From assembly GCA_964016885.1 (NCBI GenBank), contig OZ024742.1, forward strand, positions 127,844,001-127,908,000: a stretch of 64,000 nt of DNA, read 5' to 3'. The DNA comes from Eledone cirrhosa (taxonomy: Eukaryota). The notes beneath the pieces are model-generated. The model was not told where the DNA came from. It made no database searches and saw only the letters and a program-made list of their open reading frames with translations. The position numbers were made by a program, and so were the translations under genes. Shown piece by piece: positions 26,901-38,900 of the stretch; the first letter of the stretch is position 1; each line of letters begins with the position of its first letter.

Positions 26901-29900
26901 AGAAATTGAACTTGCAAATTTAAATAGAATTTTTTAAAACAATAGATGAGGAATAATGAAAGAGGTTTTATGTTGGTTTTTGTTTTGTTTTATAATGACT
27001 GTAAAACCTGTTTTTGTATAAATAAATTAAAGAGTGATGTACTGAAAGTTATATGTATAAAACTTTTAATCTCTTTTAATTGAAGAAAAATAAATTCAAA
27101 GACCCCAAGACAATTGTTAGTGATGCATAAAGAAAAGGGGGATATCATCCCAAGAAATTAAAAATTAATTTCCCAGAGTTCCTTTATACACTTAGAGGAA
27201 CGCCTGATGTTTATTTGCAGGCAAGGGATAAAATATGGGATAGTCATCATCATCAGCAGTAGTAGTAGCAGCAGCATACTTTTATGTTTCTATGCCATCA
27301 TTCCCAGCCCACACTTAAAGTGGTTGTGTAGGTGTCACAACAAAAAGCATCCAGTCCACACTGTAAAGTGGCATGTAGGTGGCATTATAAAAAGCACCCA
27401 GTACACTGTAGCCCTTAACCTAACCCTAACCCAACTACCAAGTAATTAAACAAGGGATTAAGGAATATTTTGAAATATAATTTGTCTAATTAATTTTACT
27501 GTTCAACTCAACACATTTTAAAACATAAAACAACAGATCTTGTAGGATAATTATTTGTCCATTTCTGTTTATATTGATAACCAGTCATTATCATTCAGTT
27601 TACCATTTTGTTTTTGTTTAATATTGTTATATTGAAAAAGGAAAAGAGAAAAGTGTATTAGAAAAACTAGCTCTCTGAGATCAGGGGATAATTTGTTGTT
27701 AGAATAATACAAAAAAGAAAAACATGTGAGAGGCAAGGAGGTCTCTGAGTGATAATTTGTGGAAATTAAGAACTTTATGTAATCTTTGGTATGGAGTTTT
27801 TAGAGGAAGAATGGTGAGTATGAGTGATGAGCAGTTGAACAATGAGTATAAGCTTTCAATTTAAGGTATGACAGTTTGCATTCACCAAGTTTTTAAGAGC
27901 AGAATTGATTATAATAAAGATATAAATAGAGTGAAGATGCAATGAGACAGATGAAAAAAATGTCAAAGATTTTACAAAAGATAAGTAAGATATATTGAAG
28001 AGGTGAGTGGCTTAAAGATTACAAAGACCGCATTATTTCTAATATGGGAGCATTAATTTATTGTCACATAAAGATGATATATTTCTTGGTTTCTTATGAG
28101 AGATTTTTGAAAATATATATTTTAGTTAGCATGAGTAGGGAGGGACACTTTTTGGCTGGAAGTTCTTTATGAGAATTGGTTGTGTAGTATGATTCTCTAA
28201 TTGTAATATATACACAACTGGAAATTACTTGGGACTGCTCAGGAGGCATGAGGTAAAAGGGTGTCAAAGTAGAAGAGATACCCTCCTAAACCCCCATCCC
28301 CCTGATAAAAGGAATAAATTTTAAAATTATATAGATTCCAATTACATGTCTATTTAAATGTATTCAAACATTTACCAGTAATAATAATTACTGTTACTGA
28401 AACTTACTCAAACAAAAAATAAAATTTAATAATCAAATTTAAGAACTCATTAATTAAAATGAAGAAACATAAAAGTTTCTCTATTTTCAGAACATAAGCC
28501 CATTTCTTGCAGGCTTCTATATGTTATATAGTAAAATCAACCTTATTTTGTCATCACATGCTCTCAAGTAGTAGCTCCATAATTGTGATTAATTATATGC
28601 ACTTTCAGTTCACAATATGAAATTACATTATAGATAATTGGTATTGACTGATTAGGCATGGCTTATTAATTAGTAATCAGCAAATTTTCTTATCAGTGCA
28701 TCCCTACTGAATACATACAACATTTTAAAACAATGGTATAACCCCTTTGAAATCAGCTGTGTGTTCTATAAATAATTATAAGGCATATTAAAAGTAGACC
28801 AAAATAAAGAAAATTCATTTAGCCCTCAATTTCTAAAACAAAGCACCTCCTATACAAGTAACGTGATTCTATGGACATATGACCTTTAGCTATATTTAAG
28901 ACACAAGTCACGAGTCAAAATTCACGAGATACAAGTCACACTGGTTTCTTATATTCAAGACCTAAAAGTTTGTATGCAAGTAAGAAAATATATTTGCACT
29001 ATATTACCCTACAATTGTTTTGATCTCTTAATTGGTTTCAAAATCCTGTATATATTTAATTGTTAAGTATCTGTGTGGGAAAATAAATTTTCAGGGTCAC
29101 TGCTGTAGTTACTAAAATGATGTGTGAATTTCTCACTCATAAGTACAAGACAATAGGGTTGTGTATACTTTTTCAGGTTTTTAGTTTTATTTATATTTTT
29201 AGGCTTATAATTATTCCTATATTCATTTCTTCGTAAGAAATTAATTATACTAATTTTTTTCTTTTGTTTTCTTTTTTAATTACCATAATTAATTCCTCTA
29301 CATATATATGGTATTCAACTTTGATTTTATCTTCATTCAGACCTTTGCAATCTGATGAATTTGACATAGCCAAGCTTTTTCTCCAACCTTACAGGATATT
29401 TTTTCCAACATTCTCCTAGTCATCATGGAAGCAGTATCTGTGTTCTTAGCCAAACGTGGTAAATCCTGAATTTGTTGCAATCTTGTTTCATTTGTTTTAA
29501 TCTGTTTTGTTAGTAATAACATATTAATAATTAGTTATTATTTTATTATTTAATCATATTATATATTTTCTCTTTTTGATTTTCTTTGGAGTTCAAAATG
29601 ATATTATGCAGAAACTTCCAGATACCAAAGACTGTAATAATGCAATTGTTCTAACACACATTCTCTGATAAAATCAATTGTTAAATAAATACAATCCAAT
29701 TTACAATCTGACTGATACCTATATTACATTGATATACCACAGTAACAAATCCTTGACCAAACTTCAGATTTATTATCTGAAACTGAATGCCCAATATCTA
29801 TTGTAACATAAATATTTAAAACAAGAATTTAACCAACTAATAATGTTGAATATATAAGGAGCAACATAAACTTGAAAATTAATTTTCTAGTTTGACATCT

Positions 29901-32900
29901 TCTAATCATCACAAACGATGTAGTTAAGATTGTTACATGAATATTTAAAACAAGAATTTAGCATTTACATTACTCTATATTTACTATTGTATTTTCATGG
30001 TAAAGGCTTTATCTTACATAATTATCTCAATCATAGTATCGAATATTTTAATATTATTTATTTTGAGAAGAATACCTTAACATCAGCCGGGTTGAAAATA
30101 AAGAGGTGAGAGAATTCTGGCCATATATAGCCGGTTTAAATACTAAAGAGTTGAAGGGCAACAGAGAATGGCTTGAAAGGGATAGTAGGAAATAGATTTC
30201 ATGTTATATATATAAGAAACTGTTATCTATTGATAGTTCATAGTAGTATCACCAACTGTTTTAACTGGATTTTTACACCACTAAAATAACTGTTACTACA
30301 CCACTAAAATATCTGTGTTTCTACACCACTAAAATAACTGTTACTACACCACTAAAATAACTGTTTCTACACCACTAAAATAACTGTTACTACATCACTA
30401 AAATATCTATGTTTCTACACCACTAAAATAACTATATTTCTACACTATTAAAATAACTGTTTCTACACCACTAAAATAACTATATTTCTACACCACTAAA
30501 ATAACTGTTTCTACAGCACTAAAATAACTGTTACTACACTACTAAAATAACTATATTTCTACACCACTAAAATAACTGTTTCTACACCACTAATATAACT
30601 GTTTCTACAGCACTAAAATAACTGTTTCTACACTATTTGCCACTATAATGTTAAGTACTTGACTGTTTTATTGATGCCATTATATCAGAAATATGTTAGA
30701 TTAAATTAACTAATGAATCAAAACATCATTATAAATCAAGTTGAAAAACCATTTATGTGATATTTAACCCATTATTATTCTAGATATAAAAAAAAAGAAT
30801 TTCATTTCAATTTGGTTTATTTTTTATTTATTACCCATCGAATACGAATGTACCCCATCATACTATCCAAGTGTACCTTAAGGTACTCTCAAACAATACT
30901 CTTCAAGTTCACTACTTTCACACACACCTGTTTCAATAACAATCATAATTATTCAATCCTATGAAACTTTGAGACTTATTCCTGATCTAGTAAGAATTCT
31001 AAAACTACAACTTTTAATTATAGAATATAATTCTAAAATATTAATTCTTGAGTTAAACAACATTAAATATTTTCACATTGAGGAAAGTAATTTTTCAAAC
31101 TCTTATCTAACTTTTAAACGTTTAGCTTATTTTTCTCATGACTGCAATATTTAGAAAGGATACAAATAATGTTTTGTTTTGATTTATATCAAGAATCTGC
31201 AGGAAGGAAGGTGTATGCAAATCAGAAACCTTTCCGAAATGCTTGTAACCTAGTATGGCATTAAACCAGGGAGGGATTAGAACTCATAACTTAAAGAACA
31301 AATACTGATGCTCTAATAATTACCCCAGTCTACTTCTCTAAACTGGTACTTTATTTATCAATGATGAAAAGCAAGATTGACTATAGCAGGACTTGAACTC
31401 AGAAAGTAGATATAAGATATAATTCTAAAATATCAATTCTTGTGTTAAACAACATTAAATATTTTCACATTGAAGAAAGTAATTTTTCTATGAATCTTGC
31501 ACAAACTCAAACCCTTATCTAACAATTTTTAAAATGTTTAGCTTCTTTGTCTCTTAAATGCAAAGATTAGTTTGTCAGAGTTTATATCAAGAAATTATAC
31601 ATTTGTGTGAAAAAAATATATTTCACTATCTTGCTAGAAGCATACCATCCATTACCATGAACTCTTACAGATTTTATTTTGGCACAAAAATTAGCATGTT
31701 GGACAAAATGTCTTCAATCATTTCAGTTCAAATCCTGCTGAGGTCAACTTTACCTTTCATCCTTCTGGGGGTCGATAAAATAAAGTACCAATTAAGTAGT
31801 GGGTTTATTTAATTAGCTTTACCATTCCTTCAAAATTGTTAGTTTTGTGTCTATGTTAGAAACCATTAACCCTTTAGCATTTACATTACTCTATATTTTC
31901 TATTGTATTTTCACGTAAAGACTCTATCTCACATAATTATCTCACTTAATATCGAATCTATGCGATTTTGATATTATTTATTTTAAGAACAATACCTTAA
32001 CATCAATATGAGTGGCCAGTTATGGCTAGTTTGAACAGAGGTGAGAGAATTCTGGCCAGATTCAGCCAGTTTAAATGTAAAAGGGTTAAATATAACAGAT
32101 TATCTAAAACGCTTCTTTGAAACAAACATATAAGTCTTACACAATGTGATTATAAATAGGTGCAAAAAACAATAGAAAGTAAGACATGATATTAAAATGT
32201 TTTTCTTTTCTTTCAGATACATAATAAATGTAAATTAGTTCTTTTGAAAATAGAAATATTATAAATTTAGAAATTATTTTTCTAACGTGACATTTTCTCT
32301 CTCTCACACACACACACACACACTAAATATAGTTGTTAACTTTTGTTATATAGATGACATAAATAGCAGTGGGTGTACTGAGAGCATTGTAGCCAAATTA
32401 AAATCAGGATGGAAATAGTTCAGGGTGATATTATACTCTGTTAGTAACAAAGGCTTTCTCTTTGAGATTGATGTTTGTGTATGAACTCTGATGTTGAATG
32501 GCAGTGAGACGTGGGCCTTCAATATAAAGGATTTGCAAAGACTAGAAACAAATGAATTGAGCATGCTTTGCTGGATGTGTAATGTTAGAGTACACAAACA
32601 ACAATACAAAAAGTGGACATAAGAGAAGTTTGATTTAATATGCAAGAGAGAAGACTATTCTATTATAGGTAAGTGATGTGCATGGAGGATGAGAGCTGTA
32701 TAAAGATGTGCAGGACACTGAAAGTGAATAGAAGCCTGAGGAAGACATGGGATGAAGTGGTGAAGGTCAGCCTCAAGATTAAGGGTCTCGTGAAGGAGGT
32801 GACAAAGGAACATGATGATTGGTGACATGCAGTGCTGGAGAAGATCTCCTCACATGTGCAAACATACATACACAGAAACATACATACATATATACATACA

Positions 32901-35900
32901 AGCATGCATACATACATACATACATACATATATACATACAATCATGCATGCATACATGATGGCTGCCCCCTCGTTATCGAGTATGGCCATTGCACGAGGA
33001 AAAAATATATATATATATATATAAATTTCAATAATAATAATAATTGTTTCTACTTTAGGCACAAGGCCAGCAATTACCCAGTGCATTACTGGTACTTTAT
33101 TTTATCGACCCCGTAAGGATGAAAGGCAAAGTCAACAATAATAATAATAATAACAACAATAATAATAACGACAACAACAACAATAATAATATACATATAT
33201 ATACACACACACGCACACACATAAACATATCTATACACACACACACACACATGATAGCAACTAACAGCGCTGCGATCGAATGTGGCTTTTTAGCCCAGCC
33301 AATGATCTAAAATGTCTTGCACAGAGTCGGCAACCAAAACATTCACTGGGAATAGCCGGTTGGAGTTCGTGTACTTTTGCATGTCGTTTGAGCCCTCCTG
33401 CTGATTTACATTCTCTACCACAAGCTTGGCAAGCATGATGAGTAACATGCATACATACATACATGGTGGCTGCCAACTCGTTTTCGAGTACGGCCACTAC
33501 TTTATATCCACGTAGGAGAACCCCTACCGATGCGCTGAACGAGTATGATTTTTAGTCCAGCCAGCGACTTGAAAACTCTGGTACAAACACTACACTTGTG
33601 ACAATTATTGACACATAGTGCTGAGCCCATGGTACCATACATACATACATACATGCATGCATACATACATAAATACATACGTACATGACTTGTATCTAAT
33701 GTTTTTGAGGCAGTAATCTATGGCCAGATACCCTTCTTGATACCAATCCTTACTTATTTTTAAATATGCTACTTATGTATCTTCCCCCATTGCTGACCTG
33801 TGGAGCATACACTGATCACTGATACAAATAACTTCCCATTTAAGTTGACATTGTATTGTTTTTGTTGTGGAGATTTTATTGGTAGAATGTCAGTACTAAT
33901 TGATACTAATTGTTACAGAAGACATTTCATAATTTGACATTGATGTTGCTTGTTGTGCTGATGTTTAGAAGGTGTAGTAGTTTTATTTTTGATAGTTAAA
34001 AGTTCAAGAAATAACCTTGAAACAATTCCTTCCTTTCTTCTTCCCCAAGTTTGTTATTGAAAATATTGACTTGATCTCTCTGTATATGTCTGTTAATGCT
34101 GTGTTTAATCTTGGAGACGATAAAGTTGAATGGAAATGTCATAAATAGACCAGAAGGCCAAATCTCCTTCAGTTATGTCGCACCTTTGTTATTGTGAAGG
34201 CCTGAGGTAAAAAGAAGCACACACAAACATACATATAAACTATCACAAATCTAACCTAAACTAAAGCTTGTTGCTACAGAAATAATCTTCTTGTAACCCC
34301 TATCTGGCACACTAACAAAAGATTCCTTTCCCAAAGAGCCATGTTTACTGCTTACTTTAGTAATATCTCTTTGTCAACATTAACAGCATATGATGACAAG
34401 GTTCCGAAAATCGAAATAGCCTCGGCTTGATCAGGTTTATTTGTATTTTACAAGAATAATTTTTCTTTTTTAATATTCCCTCTAACTTCAGTTGCATTTC
34501 CTGAGCAAAACTGTTTGCAACCTTGAACAGAAATAAGTTAAATAAATAGAACACTTTTTTAAATTCCTTTTTCTTTCCCCCTAGTCCCTCTCGCTCTTTC
34601 ACTATTTTTTTAACACATACTTGGTGATGTAAAACATTGCCTCATTCAGTTCCTGATTCGGACAAGTAGCAGACATGAAACCAATTGGCTTTTGTCTCAG
34701 TAAGTTCACAACTACTTACGAAACTCATTTATTAGTGTTTCTTATTCCCTATTGTAATAATTACTGCAAGGATTATTTCCTTCTTTGTCAATTACTGTTT
34801 AGTTTTCACCTTAATCACATATATCAATTAATATTTGAATGTTTTAAACAAGTTATTTTAAACACATATTTTAATATATATATATGCATGCATGTGTGTA
34901 TATATGTAAGTGTGTATTTTTGGATGCATGCATGCATATATGCATGTATGTATATATGTAGGTATGTATTTTTGGATGTATATATGCATGCATATATGCA
35001 TGTATGTATATATGTATGTATGTATTTTTGGATGTATGTATGTTTGTTTATATTTTTGGATGTATGTATGTTTCTATGTATGCATTTTTGTATGTATATA
35101 TGTTTCTATGTATATATGTATGTATTTATGTATGTATTTATGTATGTATGTTTGTATTTATGTATGTATTTTTGTATGTATGTGTATGTATGTATGTGTG
35201 TATGTATGTATTTTGGGATGTATATATATATTTATGTATGTGTATATGTATGTATGTTTTTATGTATGTATGTACTTATTTATGTATGTATTTTTATGTA
35301 TGTATGTTTGTACATATGTATGTATCTTCTATTTAGAGAAGAGTTTATAAAAAAGTATAATTAATATATTAATCATATTATTGCATAGCACTCTCTTGGG
35401 ATTTTATCAGCAATATACTATATTGTTGTAGTAATATACTATACTGTTGTAGTAATATACTATAGTGTTGTAGTAATATACTATACTGTTTAGTAATATA
35501 CTATACTGTTGTAGTAATATACTATAGTGTTGTAGTAATATACTATACTGTTGTAGTAATAAACTAAAGTGTTATAGTGTTGTAGTAATATACTATACTG
35601 TTGTAGTAATATACTATAGTGTTGTAGTGTTGTAGTAATATACTATACTGTTGTAGTGTTGTAGTAATATACTATACTGTTGTAGTGTTGTAGTAATATA
35701 CTATACTGTTGTAGTGTTGTAGTAATATACTATACTGTTGTAGTAATTTCATATTAAAAATCTGACATAAACATATTTTTTCTTTCTTTAATATTCATGC
35801 TTCTTCTTCTTGTATATGACACTGTTGTTGTCTCAAGTTGTTGTCATTTGTCTGATCAAGATCAGAGATCAGTTTCTAGGGTCTTCCATTTGGAGGTCGA

Positions 35901-38900
35901 CAATTTGGGCCCCAATTTCCAAGCTGATTTTAAGTGTTAGTAATTTCTTTGTGGGACACAGCATGGCTGATTGGTTAAGAAGTTCACTTCCCAACCATTA
36001 GGTTCTGGGTTCAATCCCACTTCATGGCTTCTTGGGCAAGTGTCGTTTACCATAGCCTCAGGTCAACCAAAGCCATGTGAGTTAAATTCGGTAGTTGGAA
36101 AATATTTAAAATCCATGAGATGGACTGTACCCATAATTCAAAGGGCAAACATTGTCATACACTGTGTAATGCTGAATCTCCCTGAGAATTACATTAAGGG
36201 TATATATGTATGTGGACTGTACTTGTAATTCAATTGGCCAGCCTTCTTACATATTGTGTAATGCTGAATCTCCCTGAGAATTACATTAAGCGTATATATA
36301 TGTATGTGGACTGTACTTGTAATTCAATTGGCCAGTCTTCTCACATATTGTGTAATGCTGGATCTCCCTGAGAATTACATTAAGAGTATACATGTCTGCA
36401 GGGTCGGATTTAGACCTTAGGAGACCCTCATACACAAAAATTAGAATACACAGCAAACCTCCAATTTTACATCTCAAAGTCAGCTTGGAACAAGTAATTG
36501 GAATTGAAAAGTTATACATACAGGTATTTAATTTTTAAAATCTAGCCATCCTCATTTTATATCCACTTTCCATTGTGGCATGTGTTGCATGGGTTGTCAC
36601 AGTCCGAGACCAGACCTATTGGAGTGACATCATCTTGTACATACATTATGTATTTGGTGTGATTTCTATGGCTGGATGCCCTTCCTAACATAACCACTTG
36701 AGCATGTTTACTGGGCGCATGGTTTTTGTGATACCAGCATAACCACTTTACACAGTTGACTGGGTATATTCTACCAAGTCACCAACAATATACAGGATGT
36801 ACTGAGCACATTTTATCAGTAAAATTGTGAACACTGCTGAAAAGATGATCACTAAGTTAGATTTTGCAATAATTAAAACGTTGACAATAATAAATTACCA
36901 TAAAATTTGCTAACATTTCATTGTTAGTTTAGAATGATATTACCCCAATAGAAAAATCTAGTTTAATTCTTTTTAAGAACAAGCCGCTTGAAACTGCCAC
37001 AGTAGTTTATTTTAAAGCATTTATATTTATCTAAAAACCTTTCATCATAATTCTATGAAAGAACTTTAAGTTATGTTCCAAATACAGAACAAGCTGGTTA
37101 TTTTACTAAATTTTTCCAAATTATTATTTTCAAAAGAGTTTAAAAATCATTGACATAGAAATCATCATCATCATCGTTGTTACGTCTGTTTTTCCAGCTT
37201 CTTACAAAACAGTTAATAGCTTGTAATTTTATTGAAAATTTCCTAAAGTTAAAATGCAAGGATCCTGTCTTATAAGATTTGTATTTTACAGTCAGGCAAA
37301 TCAGTTTAATTTGGTCTACCTAGTTAAAAGAAAGGTAATTCATTTCATTTTTTCCCATAAGTCCTAAGAGGGTTGTAGGACTACTATCTTGATATACAGC
37401 ATTTCTAGGACATTTTAATGAAATGAAATTATTGTGTAAAGTGCTCGGGTGCACTACAACTCGTCAAAGGTGCATGTATAGTACATAGAATAATATACAA
37501 ATGTCAGGGAAGGGAATAGTGTATGAGTCATGATATAATGTAATGCTAAATGTTAGTAAAAGCATCAATTTGTAAAGTAAAGGCTTATACTGTTGTTTAT
37601 ATTTACATACATACATACATATATACATACATACATATATACATATATACATACATACATATATACATATATACATGGTGGCTGCCAACTCGTTTTCGAG
37701 TACGGCCACTACTTTATATCCATGTAGGAGAACCCCTACTGATGCGCTGAACGAGTGTGGCTTTTTAGTCCAGCCAGCGACTTGAAAACTCTGGTACAAA
37801 CACTACACTTGTGACAATTATTGACACATAGTGCTGGGCCCATGGTACCATGTGACGGCAAGTGCAGAGCAATCTCCAGATATAAAGCAATACCTGTGGA
37901 TTGGATACCATCAGGGTTGCAGGTGTTATATCAGAGTTTTCCTTCTCCTAGAATTCTGCCTTGACAAAGGCTAAGGGGTCATCTCTCCCTGTGATTTTGG
38001 ATGGCCATTGACTCTTAAGAGCTCCAAACCCATGCAAGCGTGGAACACGGACGTTAAACGATGATGATGATGATGATGATGATGATGACACATACATACA
38101 TACATAATATATACATCCATACATACATAATATATACCTCCATATATACATACATACATAATATATACATCCATACATACATAATATATACCTCCATATA
38201 TACATACATACATAATATATACATCCATATATACATACATACATACATAATATATACATCCATACATACATACATACATAATATATACATCCATATATGT
38301 CTACATACATAATATACCAATACATACATACATACACACATACATACATACACACATACATACATACATACATACATACACACACATTCATACATATGCC
38401 AGCATGGAAAAACATTTATTAAATGTAAAACTAAATAAAAACAAGATATAATGAAATTTTCTTAAGATATAATTTTTGTATTAAATAAATTGTAAAAAAA
38501 TTCAAGTGTCTTTTGGGGTTATGAAAACGGAAAAGGAAGAGAAAGGCAAGGGTTGTAGTGTCACAGAAGGGGAGGGGGAGGGTGGTGGTCTCTGGGCCTA
38601 GGGTGCAGCGGTATTGTAGTAAAGTGCTTTCTCTTCCCTGCATTTTTATCTTTTGACTTCTTTATTAATCTTTATGTTAGAAACAAGGTTTAGGAAAAAA
38701 CCTATATAACATTCTTATTTGTATTAAACCTGTTTTGTTATCCATGTTATCAGGACTAATTGCTTCAAGATTAGTGTAGCTTATTCCTGATCCTAACTAA
38801 CATATTATAAAAACCAGAGTTGCTGAATCATGGACTACTATGGAATGGTGTTTTAGTTGCTCAAATATTATAATATTTTCAGAAATAGAAATATATGAAA

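Noticed and set aside
27412-27432. (CCCTAA)-like telomeric repeat
   Set aside because: Only about 3 imperfect units; not meaningful
33261-33497. Possible C2H2 zinc-finger gene
   Set aside because: Fits a LINE C-terminal zinc-finger end: no TGEKP linker, no splice context, flanked by microsatellite and another retroposon
34675-35364. 229-aa ORF and similar MYVC/HTHT ORFs
   Set aside because: Beyond the first 8 codons it runs through a splice donor into a (TATG)n microsatellite
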